Shown: piece after piece, positions 1-9,800 of the stretch | How positions within the stretch are numbered: position 1 is the first letter of the stretch | Layout of the letters: every line of letters begins with the position of its first letter | Origin: Candidatus Sumerlaeia bacterium | Lineage (GTDB): Bacteria; Sumerlaeota; Sumerlaeia; SLMS01; JANRJK01 | Length of the DNA stretch: 64,000 nucleotides | Direction: 5' to 3' | Assembly (NCBI GenBank): GCA_033764015.1 | Contig: JANRJK010000046.1 | Location: 1 to 64,000 of the forward strand | Program-made: the position numbers and the translations under genes | The notes under the pieces: generated by a model | Told to the model about the DNA's origin: nothing | The model's database searches: none | What the model saw: the letters and a program-made list of their open reading frames with translations, nothing else

Positions 1-2313
1 CCGGAGAAACAGGCGAGCGACCTCAAGACGCTGACCGGCGAACTGGCCGCGAAGGCCATCGACGCGATCATCATCCTGGGCGGCGCCAACCCCGCGTACT
101 CGGCCCCCGCCGACATCGCGTTTGCCGGCGCGCTCCGCGAGTTCAGCAAGGATCAGACCAAGTACAGCCTGCACCTCGGTACCCACCAAGACGAAACCGC
201 CGTATTGTGCGACTGGCACATCAACGAGGCGCATTACCTCGAAGCGTGGGGCGACATTCGCGGGTACGACGGCACCGTCACCATCCAGCAACCGCTCATT
301 GCCCCCTTGCACGGCGGCAAGTCCGCGATCGAACTGCTTGCGACGCTCATTCGGCCGTCCGAGCCGACCGCGCCCGGCGCCCCCCGCGATCCGATGGACA
401 TCGTCAAAGCGATCTGGCAGAACGGCGCCGAGGTCAAGAAGGCGTTCCCGAACTACCCGGCCCCCACAAAGCCTGCGGCGTTCGAGGTGTTCTGGCAGGA
501 GTCGGTGCGGTCGGGCGTCGTCGCCGGCACGCAGTCGGTGACGGAAACGGCGAAGCTCGCGGCCGGGTGGGAGTCGGACCTCGGGGGTAGCACCGCTCCG
601 GCGATCGGTAAGGACGAGTTTGAACTGAACTTCCGCGCCTGCCCGGCCCTGTACGATGGCCGGTTCGCCAACAACGGCTGGCTGCAAGAGTTGCCCAAGC
701 CGCTGACGAAGATCTCGTGGGACAATGCGGCGTTCATGAGCCCCAAGACCGGGGACAAACTCGGCGTGAAGACGACTGCGCGCTGGACCGGCGGCGAACA
801 CGGCCGGATGGAAGTGAACGTCATCGAACTGAAGGTGAAGGTCAAACTTGCCGACGGCAAGGAGGAGGACCGCACGGTGAAGGCGCCGGCGTGGATCCTT
901 CCGGACCACGCGGACGACGCGATCACCGTCCACCTGGGCCACGGCCGCGAGCGGGCCGGGCAGGTGGCGATGCTCACCGACTCCCGCGTCGTCAAGACCA
1001 GCGATCGCCGGGACGACGAGAAGAACGCCGACGGCAAGTACGTCCGCGGCTTCAACGTCTATCCGCTGCGCACCGCAAACACCTGGGTCGCCGCGGCGCG
1101 GGCCGCGCGGGTCGGTGGCGGACCGAAGGCGGGCAGTGGGCAGAAGTACTTCCTGGCCTGCACCCAGGGCCACTGGGCGATGGCCGAGAAGGATCCGATC
1201 TCCGGCAAGATGCTCGACCGCCGCCCGGTGCGCCACGGCACCCTCGGCGAGTATCGCCAGAACCCGATGTTCGCCAAGATTCCGCCGATGGCGGCTGGCG
1301 AAACCCTCCTCATCAACGAGAACGTCCCACAGCCCAAGCAGAAGGGCGAACACAAGGATCACGCTCACGGCGAACACGCACGGCTCACCCCGCTGAACAT
1401 GTATGCTCCCGCTGAGAAGCTGTCGCCCGGCCTGAGTGAAGCCCAGCGCCGCCGGTGGGCCATCGCGCTCGACCTGTCGGCTTGCACCGGGTGCTCTGCG
1501 TGTGTGGTCGCGTGCCAGAGCGAGAACAACACGCCCGTGGTCGGTAAGGATCAGGTGACCAAGGGCCGCGAGATGTATTGGATCAACATCGACCGGTATT
1601 ACGACAAGCTCGATAGCAAGGATCCCAGCGCGGTGAAGGTGTACTTCCAGCCGCGGATGTGCGTGCAGTGCGAGAACGCCCCGTGCGAGATCGTCTGCCC
1701 GGTCGGTGCGACCGTCCACAGCACCGACGGCCTCAACGACATGGCGTACAACCGCTGCGTCGGTACGCGGTACTGCTCGAACAACTGCCCGTACAAGGTG
1801 CGCCGCTTCAACTGGTACCAGTACAGCGACTACCGCACCGGCTTCAACGGCGCCAAGGAGCGCGTCAGCCCCCTCGAGCTGGCGCTCAACCCGGACGTGA
1901 CGGTCCGCTCCAAGGGCGTCATGGAAAAGTGCACCTTCTGCGTGCACCGCATCAAGCGCGCGAAGGAAGCCTCCCGCACCCGCGGAACCCCCTTGGTCGA
2001 CGGCGAAATGCAGACCGCCTGCCAGCAGGCGTGCCCCGCCAAGGCCATCACCTTCGGCGACCGCAACGACCCCGACTCGCAGCTCCTCAAGACCTGGGCG
2101 GACAAGCGCTCGCACGGCGTCCTGGTGGACCTGAACACGCAGCCCTCGGTGCGCTACCTCGCCCTTGTCCGCAACCGCGACGAGGACGTGCCCATGGACT
2201 ACCTCGGCAGCCACGGCAAGAAGCACGGCAAGGACGGCCATGACGACCACCACGACGACCACGGGGACGGCCACTCGGCGGCCGAGCCCGCCACCGCCGG
2301 AAACCGGAGCTAA
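1..2313 (+). CDS. actB: Alternative complex III subunit B (molybdopterin-oxidoreductase-like domain plus Fe-S domain), 5'-partial
   Basis: Frame is open from base 1 (PEKQASDLK...). Contains HYLEAWGD, YDGRFANNGWLQELP and Fe-S motifs CTGCSACVVAC, CVQCENAPCEIVCP, CVGTRYCSNNCP, CTFC...CQQACP. Followed by actC/D/E/F. Confidence 0.93.
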   Translation, partial: PEKQASDLKTLTGELAAKAIDAIIILGGANPAYSAPADIAFAGALREFSKDQTKYSLHLGTHQDETAVLCDWHINEAHYLEAWGDIRGYDGTVTIQQPLIAPLHGGKSAIELLATLIRPSEPTAPGAPRDPMDIVKAIWQNGAEVKKAFPNYPAPTKPAAFEVFWQESVRSGVVAGTQSVTETAKLAAGWESDLGGSTAPAIGKDEFELNFRACPALYDGRFANNGWLQELPKPLTKISWDNAAFMSPKTGDKLGVKTTARWTGGEHGRMEVNVIELKVKVKLADGKEEDRTVKAPAWILPDHADDAITVHLGHGRERAGQVAMLTDSRVVKTSDRRDDEKNADGKYVRGFNVYPLRTANTWVAAARAARVGGGPKAGSGQKYFLACTQGHWAMAEKDPISGKMLDRRPVRHGTLGEYRQNPMFAKIPPMAAGETLLINENVPQPKQKGEHKDHAHGEHARLTPLNMYAPAEKLSPGLSEAQRRRWAIALDLSACTGCSACVVACQSENNTPVVGKDQVTKGREMYWINIDRYYDKLDSKDPSAVKVYFQPRMCVQCENAPCEIVCPVGATVHSTDGLNDMAYNRCVGTRYCSNNCPYKVRRFNWYQYSDYRTGFNGAKERVSPLELALNPDVTVRSKGVMEKCTFCVHRIKRAKEASRTRGTPLVDGEMQTACQQACPAKAITFGDRNDPDSQLLKTWADKRSHGVLVDLNTQPSVRYLALVRNRDEDVPMDYLGSHGKKHGKDGHDDHHDDHGDGHSAAEPATAGNRS

Positions 2314-2322
2314 ACGACGGAC

Positions 2323-3729
2323 ATGAGCCTCGAACTCACGCCGCAAGACGCTCCGATCCTCGACCCGAAGCTCCGGGCCAAGGACATCACCGACTCGGTG
2401 CTGCGCCCGATGGGCATCTGGCCGGGCCTCCCCTGGTACGTCTGCTTCGGCCTCGCGCAGATCGCCCTCGCCCTCTTCGGCGTCGCCGTCGCCATCCAGT
2501 TCCTGGTCGGCATCGGCATCATGGCGATCAGCAACCCGGTCGGCTGGGGCGTCTACATCGTCAACTTCGTGTTCTGGGTCGGCATCGGCCACGCGGGCAC
2601 GCTGATCTCGGCGATCCTCTTCATCTTCCGCCAGAAATGGCGCACAGCGATCAACCGCTCCGCGGAGGCGATGACGATCTTCGCCGTCATGACCGCGGGC
2701 GCCTACCCGCTGGTCCACGTGGGCCGTTCGTGGGTTGGCTTCTGGCTGATCCCGTATCCGGCGGAGCGTCAACTCTGGGTCAACTTCCGCTCGCCGCTCC
2801 TCTGGGACGTGTTCGCCGTCACGACCTACCTCACCGTGTCGCTCCTGTTCTGGTACCAGGGCCTGATCCCCGACTGGGCCACCGCGCGCGACCGGGCGAA
2901 GAACAAGGTCCAGAAGATGATCTACTCGCTGCTGTCGTTCGGATGGACGGGCAGCGCGCGCGACTGGAACCACTACGAGCGCGGCTACGCGCAGTTCGCG
3001 TGGATCGCGGCGCCGCTGGTGCTCTCGGTGCACTCGATCGTTTCGTTCGACTTCGCGGTCTCGCTGATCCCCGGCTGGCACACCACGTTCTTCCCGCCCT
3101 ACTTCGTCGCGGGGGCCGTGTTCTCCGGGTTCGCGATGGTGGTCACGCTGCTGGTGATCATGCGCAAGATCTTCCAGATCGAGCACCTGATCACGATCCG
3201 CCACCTCGACCAGATGAACAAGATCATCCTCCTAACCGGCATGCTGGTCAGCTACGCGTACATCGTCGAGTTCTTCGTGGCCTGGTACTCAGGCCACCAG
3301 TACGAGCAGTACGCGTTCTACAACCGCGCGTTCGGCCCATACGGCTGGGCGTTCTGGATCATGTTCTTCTGCAACGGCGTGGTCCCCCACGCGTTCTGGT
3401 CGAAGCGGGTGCGCACCTCGATCCCGGCCATGTTCATCATCTCGATCCTGGTGAACATCGGCATGTGGTTCGAGCGCTTCAACATCTGCATGTCGCTGCA
3501 CCGCGACTTCCTGCCCGCGAACTGGGGCATCTACGTGATGACGCCTTACGACTGGATGATCACGGCCGGCGGCTTCGGCCTGTTCTTCACGCTGTTCCTG
3601 CAGTTCGTCCGCGTGGCTCCGACCATCGCCATCGCGGAGATCAAGACGACGCTCGAAAACCCCACCGGGTTCCACGGCAAGCACGGCCACGCGCACGGCA
3701 ACTCACACGCCGCGCAAGGAGCGCACTGA
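2323..3729 (+). CDS. actC: ACIII subunit C, NrfD/PsrC-family quinol-oxidising membrane subunit
   Basis: Polytopic; motifs NFVFWVGIGHAGTLISAIL, NRSAEAMT, NFRSPLLWDVFAV, GWHTTFFPPYFVAGA, GMWFERF. Confidence 0.95.
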   Translation: MSLELTPQDAPILDPKLRAKDITDSVLRPMGIWPGLPWYVCFGLAQIALALFGVAVAIQFLVGIGIMAISNPVGWGVYIVNFVFWVGIGHAGTLISAILFIFRQKWRTAINRSAEAMTIFAVMTAGAYPLVHVGRSWVGFWLIPYPAERQLWVNFRSPLLWDVFAVTTYLTVSLLFWYQGLIPDWATARDRAKNKVQKMIYSLLSFGWTGSARDWNHYERGYAQFAWIAAPLVLSVHSIVSFDFAVSLIPGWHTTFFPPYFVAGAVFSGFAMVVTLLVIMRKIFQIEHLITIRHLDQMNKIILLTGMLVSYAYIVEFFVAWYSGHQYEQYAFYNRAFGPYGWAFWIMFFCNGVVPHAFWSKRVRTSIPAMFIISILVNIGMWFERFNICMSLHRDFLPANWGIYVMTPYDWMITAGGFGLFFTLFLQFVRVAPTIAIAEIKTTLENPTGFHGKHGHAHGNSHAAQGAH

Positions 3730-3732
3730 CCC

Positions 3733-4350
3733 ATGGCGCGCATCGAATACCCCGCGATCGTGGCGTACTTCCGCGACGACCATCTGCTGATGGACGTCGC
3801 CGAGGGCACCCGCGAGCGCTTCCGCAAGACCAACCTCGACGCCTACACGCCCTACCCGGTCCACGGCCTCGAACACGCCCTCGGCCTCAAGCGGAGCTGG
3901 ATCGCCGACGCGGTCCGCGTGATCCTCGTCACCGGCTGGGGCCTCGGCCTCTACTTCCAGTACTGGACCTCCGCCGTCGACTGGGCGACGAACATCGGCG
4001 GCAAGCCGTTCTTCTCCTGGCCCGCCTTCGTGCCTGTCACCTTCGAGGCCGGCGTGCTCATGGCCGGCATCTCGAACCTCATCCTGGTGCTCGCGACCTG
4101 CCGCCTCTTCCCGCGACCCAAGACGCTGGTGCTCGACCCGGAGCTGACCGACAACAAGTTCGCCCTCGTGGTGCCGATCGGCAGGAACGAGGACGAGTCG
4201 AAGATCGCCGAGTACCTTGTCGAGAAAGGCGCCCAGGATCTTGTCGTCGTCGAAGGCGCAGACCACGAAGCGGGCGAGTACCAGCTCCGCCCGGTGGCGA
4301 TGCCGCTGATGAAGGGGGGCGCCGCCCATGGCTTCGCGCACGCGCACTAA
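3733..4350 (+). CDS. actD: ACIII subunit D (DUF3341-like)
   Basis: YTPYPVHGL and GGKPFFSWPAFVPVTFE motifs, two TM helices, position after actC. Confidence 0.92.
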   Translation: MARIEYPAIVAYFRDDHLLMDVAEGTRERFRKTNLDAYTPYPVHGLEHALGLKRSWIADAVRVILVTGWGLGLYFQYWTSAVDWATNIGGKPFFSWPAFVPVTFEAGVLMAGISNLILVLATCRLFPRPKTLVLDPELTDNKFALVVPIGRNEDESKIAEYLVEKGAQDLVVVEGADHEAGEYQLRPVAMPLMKGGAAHGFAHAH

Positions 4351-4990
4351 GCTGCTCGCGGCGGTCGCCGCCGCGGGGCTCCTCGCCGGATGCCGGGACA
4401 ACCCGGAGCGCCGCGAGCTCACCTACATGCCCGAGATGTACTATTCGCCCGCCGTCAAGTCGCAGGAGTCCACGACGTTCTTCGCGGACGGCACCGGCTC
4501 GCGCCACGCGCCGCAGGGCGCGATCCCCCGCGACTGGGACTTCTACCCGCTCGCCTGGAACCAGCTCGAGGAGGCGGACAAGCTCTCGAACCCGCTGCCC
4601 CGCACCGCGGAAGTGCTCGAGGCCGGGCGCCGCTACTATAATGTCTACTGCATCGCCTGCCACAACTACAACGGCAACGGGATGACGCCGGTGACGATGC
4701 CCGGGCGGATGCCGGTGCCGCCGGTGCTCTACAGCGACAAGATCCAGAACGAGTGGCCCGACGGCCGAGTGTTCCACACGATCACGCACGGGCAGGGGAA
4801 CATGCCCGGCTACGCGGACAAGCTGACGCCCGAGAAGCGCTGGGCAGTCGTCCATTACGTCCGCGCGCTCTACGTCGCCGCGAACCCGACGGAGGAGCAG
4901 CTCGCCGCGTTCCAGGCGGCGGGCGGCACGACGCTCAACGACGATCCCCGCGTGGCGCCCTCCGCGCCGCCGCGATTCCCAGCCCAGTGA
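4328..4990 (+). CDS. actE: ACIII subunit E, monohaem cytochrome c lipoprotein
   Basis: Lipobox LAGC, YMPEMY motif, CIACH haem site, GNMPGY distal Met, RWAVVHYVR. Confidence 0.92.
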   Translation: MASRTRTKLLAAVAAAGLLAGCRDNPERRELTYMPEMYYSPAVKSQESTTFFADGTGSRHAPQGAIPRDWDFYPLAWNQLEEADKLSNPLPRTAEVLEAGRRYYNVYCIACHNYNGNGMTPVTMPGRMPVPPVLYSDKIQNEWPDGRVFHTITHGQGNMPGYADKLTPEKRWAVVHYVRALYVAANPTEEQLAAFQAAGGTTLNDDPRVAPSAPPRFPAQ

Positions 4991-5008
4991 GGCCCTGACA
5001 GCCAACCC

Positions 5009-6214
5009 ATGCGCGCCTCATCGATCACCGAAATCATCGATCCCGGACCGCTCCGCGTGAGCGGCGCCCTGAAGACCTCCATGGGCGTCCTCGCGGGGCT
5101 CGGGGTCCTCGGGTTCTTCCTCGCCTACTCGAACGACCCGCGGGAGGCGTTCGCGCTCCTGCTGGTCAACTACTCGTTCTACCTCTTCCTGGCGCTCGGC
5201 GGGCTGTTCTTCACCGCCCTCTCCTACGCGGCGAACGCGCGCTGGAGCATCCCCATGCGGCGCCTCACGGAGGGCTTCGCGGCCTTCATCCCCGTGAGCT
5301 TCCTGCTCCTCATCGGCATCTTCGCCGGCTCGACGCACCTCTATGAATGGGCCCGCGAAACCGGGTACCCCTACGAGGGGTCGCTGAAGGCGATGTACCT
5401 CTCGCTGCCGGGCTTCGTGGTCCGCGGCGTCCTCTTCACCGGCGCCATGACGCTCCTCTACAAGCTCATCGTCGGCTCCTCGGTCCGGCAGGACACCACG
5501 CGCGACCTCGAGACGAAGGGGCACAACGTCCGCCGCTCGATCATCTTCCTCATCGTCTTCGCGCTCGGCTTCACGCTGTTCTCGATGGACCTGCTCATGT
5601 CGATGCAGTCGCGCTTCTACTCGACCATGTGGGGCATCTACTGCTTCGCCGGTATGCACCAGAGCGCCGCCGCGGTGCTCGTCCTGATGCTGCTCGCGCT
5701 GCGCCGGGCGGGCTACCTGGACCGCTACGTGCAGAAGTTCCACATGTACGACATCGGCACCTGGGTCATGGGCTTCTCGACGTTCATGTGCTACATCGGC
5801 TTCTCGCAGTTCATGCTGATCTGGTACGCGAACCTGCAGGACGAGACGTTCTGGTTCATGCAGCGCATGGAGGGCGGCTGGCTCGTGATCCTCGCGCTGC
5901 TCCCGATCCTGAAGTGGATCGTGCCGTTCTTCCTCCTCATGCCGTACCGCGCGCGCACCAGCCCCGTGGTGCTCACGGTGGTGTGCCTCTCGATCCTCGC
6001 GGGCCAGTGGCTCGACCTCTACTGGGTCGTGATGCCGACGGTGGCGACGGACCTCGAGCCGTTCCGCCTGCCGGGCCTCGCGGACGCGTTGCTCTTCCTC
6101 GGCGTGGGCGGCATGTTCGGCTTCTCGCTGCTGTCGTTCTACGGAAAGCACTCGCTGATGCCGGTCGGCGACCCCCACATCCTTCCCGCGGTCAACGGAG
6201 AGTACCTGCATTGA
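5009..6214 (+). CDS. actF: ACIII subunit F membrane protein
   Basis: About 10 TM helices; DLLMS..FYSTMWG, YIGFSQFMLIWYANL.DET, DLYW motifs. Confidence 0.9.
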   Translation: MRASSITEIIDPGPLRVSGALKTSMGVLAGLGVLGFFLAYSNDPREAFALLLVNYSFYLFLALGGLFFTALSYAANARWSIPMRRLTEGFAAFIPVSFLLLIGIFAGSTHLYEWARETGYPYEGSLKAMYLSLPGFVVRGVLFTGAMTLLYKLIVGSSVRQDTTRDLETKGHNVRRSIIFLIVFALGFTLFSMDLLMSMQSRFYSTMWGIYCFAGMHQSAAAVLVLMLLALRRAGYLDRYVQKFHMYDIGTWVMGFSTFMCYIGFSQFMLIWYANLQDETFWFMQRMEGGWLVILALLPILKWIVPFFLLMPYRARTSPVVLTVVCLSILAGQWLDLYWVVMPTVATDLEPFRLPGLADALLFLGVGGMFGFSLLSFYGKHSLMPVGDPHILPAVNGEYLH

Positions 6215-7200
6215 GCGCTCCGACGGGTGGCGCCCCCAAGCGCGAACTGTCCAGCATCCTCGCCTTCGTCGGCGTGACCGGCGTCGCGATCTACGTGATC
6301 TTCTTCATCTCCGCCTGGGCCTTCGACTACGGTGCGAAGAAGGGCGTCGTGCAGCGGCAGATCGATCCGCCGAAGCTGGTCGAGGAAGACAAGCCCGCGC
6401 GCGTGTTCGACTACCGCGAGCTGCGCAAGCCCACGCCGGAGCTCGTCGCCCTCGGCAAGAAGGTGTACTCGGCGAACTGCGCCACCTGCCACGGCGACGA
6501 TGGCTACGGCGACGGCGCCGCGGGCCAGCGGCTCGCCGCCAAGCCGAGGAACTTCCACACGACGCCCCCCGCCGAGTACAAGAACGGCGCGGCCACGCTC
6601 CGCGTCTACGACACGCTCAAGAACGGCGTCGGCGGCGCCATGCCGGCGTTCCCGCTGCTCGATCCGGAGCAGAAGTTCGCCGTCGCCCACTACATCCACA
6701 CTTGGATGCCCGAGGTGCCCGAGGACGATCCCGACGCCGTCGCGTCGCTCCCCGCGCCGACGCTCGATTCGGGCGCCGCGATGGTGGTCGCCGACACCGG
6801 CCCGCGCGTCTCCATCGACTTCGCGATCGCCTCGCTGGCGCAGCCCGATCCCGCCCGCTGGAACCGCCCCGTCAAGATCGACGTGGCTTCCGCGCGCACG
6901 CTCGGCGAGCGCATCTACCTAGCCAACTGCGCTTCCTGCCATGGAGCGAGCGGCGAAGGCGGCATCCCCTACGGCGTCGTCAACTACGTCCCGAAGATCA
7001 CGCTCCGCGCGCGCCCGCTCAGCGAGCCCGCGGGGGGCTGGCTCGGCGACCGCGGCGAATTCGTCTCGATCGTCACGGAGGGCACCGCCGGCAAGATGAA
7101 GCCCGGCTTCGGACTCCTCACCCGCGAGGAGATGGACGCCCTCTACGACCACGTGCGGGGGCTCGCGACCGGCAAGCTTTCCGCATCGACGAACCCGTGA
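6211..7200 (+). CDS. Membrane-anchored di-haem cytochrome c
   Basis: TTG start overlapping the actF stop; N-terminal TM helix; two CxxCH sites (CATCH, CASCH), each with a downstream Met. The upstream part of ORF 5347-7200 overlaps actF and is judged spurious. Confidence 0.85.
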   Translation: MSAPTGGAPKRELSSILAFVGVTGVAIYVIFFISAWAFDYGAKKGVVQRQIDPPKLVEEDKPARVFDYRELRKPTPELVALGKKVYSANCATCHGDDGYGDGAAGQRLAAKPRNFHTTPPAEYKNGAATLRVYDTLKNGVGGAMPAFPLLDPEQKFAVAHYIHTWMPEVPEDDPDAVASLPAPTLDSGAAMVVADTGPRVSIDFAIASLAQPDPARWNRPVKIDVASARTLGERIYLANCASCHGASGEGGIPYGVVNYVPKITLRARPLSEPAGGWLGDRGEFVSIVTEGTAGKMKPGFGLLTREEMDALYDHVRGLATGKLSASTNP

Positions 7201-7228
7201 GCCGTTCCGCCGGCGAAAGGACCGCACC

Positions 7229-8065
7229 ATGACGACCCGAAAGCTGAACAGAATCCTCCTCGTCGCGGCCACCTTGCTCCTGGCCGGAGCGGTCGCCTAC
7301 GCGCAGCGCGACTCCCGCGGCCTGCCCGACATCACCAATTGGATCCAGGACCCCGCGACGCCGATCGCGCAGGACGTCCGCGACCTCGGCGTCGTCACGT
7401 CGCTCGTGCTCGCGCCGTTCCTCTTCGGCCCGCTCATCGTCCTCGGATACATCGTCTGGCGCTTCAGCTCGAAGCGCAATCCGGTGCCCGCCAAGTTCCA
7501 CGACAACGTCCCGCTCGAAGTGGGATGGACGATCGTGCCGGCGATGGTGCTCGTCTTCACCGCGCTCATCAGCTACCCCCTCTCGACCCGCTTCGACAAC
7601 CCGCCCCAGAGCGACGTGGTCCTGAATGTCACCGGGCACCAGTTCTACTTCACCTACGAGTTCCCCCGCTACGGCGTGACGCACACGGACGACGGCACGG
7701 GCAACAACCCGCTCGTGGTTCCCGCCGGCAAGTACGTAACGATGAACGGCCAGGCCTCGCAGGTGAACCACGCCTGGTGGGTGCCCGCCTTCGGAATCAA
7801 GTTCGACGTGATCCCCGGCCGCATCAGCCACGGCTGGTTCAAGGTCGACCGCGAGGGGCTCTACAAGGGCCAGTGCGCCGAGCTCTGCGGCACCGGCCAC
7901 GCGATCATGCTGATTTACGTGAAGGTGGTCTCGGACGAGGAGTTCAAGAAGTGGATCCTCGAGAAGAACCCCGAAGCCGTCTTCGACGAGACGACCGTCG
8001 CGGACGCGTCCACGACCGCCGCCGCCGCGCAGGCGCCTGAAATCGCCATGGAGGCCGTCAAGTGA
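7229..8065 (+). CDS. coxB: Cytochrome c oxidase subunit II
   Basis: Signal peptide, two TM helices (LEVGWTIVP), CuA ligands H(AWWVP) and CAELCGTGHAIM; no fused cytochrome c domain. Confidence 0.96.
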   Translation: MTTRKLNRILLVAATLLLAGAVAYAQRDSRGLPDITNWIQDPATPIAQDVRDLGVVTSLVLAPFLFGPLIVLGYIVWRFSSKRNPVPAKFHDNVPLEVGWTIVPAMVLVFTALISYPLSTRFDNPPQSDVVLNVTGHQFYFTYEFPRYGVTHTDDGTGNNPLVVPAGKYVTMNGQASQVNHAWWVPAFGIKFDVIPGRISHGWFKVDREGLYKGQCAELCGTGHAIMLIYVKVVSDEEFKKWILEKNPEAVFDETTVADASTTAAAAQAPEIAMEAVK

Positions 8066-9699
8066 GCATCACCCTCTCCGACGTCGCGAAGCGTCCTTCG
8101 CCCGAGGTCTACATCCCCGGCGGCGAAACGTCGCCCTCGGCGCCGCCGAAGACCGGCATCATGCGCTGGCTAACCACGGTGGACCACAAGCTCATCGGCG
8201 TGATGTACTGCTGGATGGCCCTGATCATGGGCTTCGTCGGCGGCGCCATGGCCGGCGCGATCCGCGGCCAGCTCTCCATGCCCTTCGGCCAGCAGCTCAT
8301 CACCCCCGAGTTCTACAACCAGATGGTCAGCATGCACGCCTCCGTGATGCTGTTCTTCGTGCTCATCCCGGCCTTCGCCGGCTTCGGGAACTACTTCGTG
8401 CCGCTGCTGATCGGCGCGCGCGACATGGCGTTCCCGAAGATGAACGGCTTCGCCTTCTGGATGCTCATCCCGTCGGCGATCCTCATGTTCACCAGCTTCT
8501 TGTTCGGTTCGACGGGCGCCGGCTGGACCGCCTACCCGCCGCTCTCGGGCTCGCAGTACTCGCCGAACATCGGCGTCGACATGTGGATCTTCGGCCTCCA
8601 CCTCGCCGGCATCAGCTCGGTGCTCGGCGCGATCAACTTCATCACCACCATCGCGAACATGCGCGCCCCCGGCATGAAGTGGTTCCAGATGCCGCTCTTC
8701 GCCTGGGCCTGGCTCATCAACTCCTGGCTGATCCTGATCGGAACTCCGGTGCTCGCCGGCGCGCTGACGATGCTCCTCACGGACCGCATGTTCGGCACCG
8801 GCTTCTTCAACCCGGCGAAGGGCGGCGACCCGCTCCTCTACCAGCACCTCTTCTGGTTCTACTCCCACCCCGCCGTGTACATCATGATCCTGCCGGGCTT
8901 CGGCGCGATCTCGCACATCCTCGCGTCCTTCGCGGGCAAGAAGGTCTTCGGCTACAAGGGCATGGTGTACGCCATCTCGATGATCGGCATCCTGGGCTTC
9001 CTCGTCTGGGGGCACCACATGTTCGCGACGATGATGGCCCCCTGGCTGAAGAAGTTCTTCTCGATCATGACGATGCTCATCGCGGTGCCGACCGGCATCA
9101 AGGTGTTCAGCTGGCTGGCGACGATCTGGGGCGGCTCGATCCGCTTCACGACGGCGATGAAGTTCGCCCTCGGCTTCATCGCCACGTTCACCATCGGCGG
9201 ATTCTCCGGCCTCTTCCTCGCCAACCTGCCGTTCGTGATCCAGGCGACCGACTCCTACTTCGTGGTGGCGCACTTCCACTACGTGATGGTGGGCGGATCG
9301 ATCATGTCGATCTTCGCCATGACGTACTTCTGGTTCCCGAAGATGTCCGGCCGCTTCCTCAGCGAGCGCGTCGGCAACTGGGTGTTCTGGTCGTTCATGA
9401 TCGGCCTGAACTGGACGTTCTTCCCGATGCACTGGGTCGGCATCGAGGGCATGGCGCGCCGCATCCACTCGTACCGCGAGGAGTTCGTCGCCATCAACCA
9501 GTTCATCTCGGTCGGCTACTTCTTCATGCTCATCGCGGGCGTCCTCTTCCTGGGGGATATCCTTTACACGATCCTTAAGAAGCCGCGCACCGCGCCCGCC
9601 GACCCGTGGGGCGTGAACGAGGAGCAGGACACGCTCGACTGGAAGACGACCTCGCCGCCGGCGCCGCACAACTTCGACCGGCTCCCGAAGTTCGCCTGA
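8062..9699 (+). CDS. ctaD: Cytochrome c oxidase subunit I, A2 type
   Basis: TVDHKLIG, ARDMAFP, GGDPLLYQHLFWFYSHPAVY (YS motif of A2 oxidases), VWGHH, PTGIK, VAHFHY. Confidence 0.97.
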   Translation: MSITLSDVAKRPSPEVYIPGGETSPSAPPKTGIMRWLTTVDHKLIGVMYCWMALIMGFVGGAMAGAIRGQLSMPFGQQLITPEFYNQMVSMHASVMLFFVLIPAFAGFGNYFVPLLIGARDMAFPKMNGFAFWMLIPSAILMFTSFLFGSTGAGWTAYPPLSGSQYSPNIGVDMWIFGLHLAGISSVLGAINFITTIANMRAPGMKWFQMPLFAWAWLINSWLILIGTPVLAGALTMLLTDRMFGTGFFNPAKGGDPLLYQHLFWFYSHPAVYIMILPGFGAISHILASFAGKKVFGYKGMVYAISMIGILGFLVWGHHMFATMMAPWLKKFFSIMTMLIAVPTGIKVFSWLATIWGGSIRFTTAMKFALGFIATFTIGGFSGLFLANLPFVIQATDSYFVVAHFHYVMVGGSIMSIFAMTYFWFPKMSGRFLSERVGNWVFWSFMIGLNWTFFPMHWVGIEGMARRIHSYREEFVAINQFISVGYFFMLIAGVLFLGDILYTILKKPRTAPADPWGVNEEQDTLDWKTTSPPAPHNFDRLPKFA

Positions 9700-9721
9700 C
9701 CTCCCTCCCCCTCCCTTTCCC

Positions 9722-9751
9722 GGGCCGGTACCCCTTGCGGGGTGCCGGCCC
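9722..9751 (+). promoter_or_regulatory. Intergenic GC-rich stem-loop after ctaD (possible mRNA-stabilising or partial-termination element)
   Basis: gggccggtacccc-ttgc-ggggtgccggccc: 13-bp stem with one G-U pair; no U-tract. Confidence 0.5.
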
Positions 9752-9800
9752 CTCGTCCTAAACTCACAACCACTTACGGCGGTGTTCCCGCAGCGACGGC

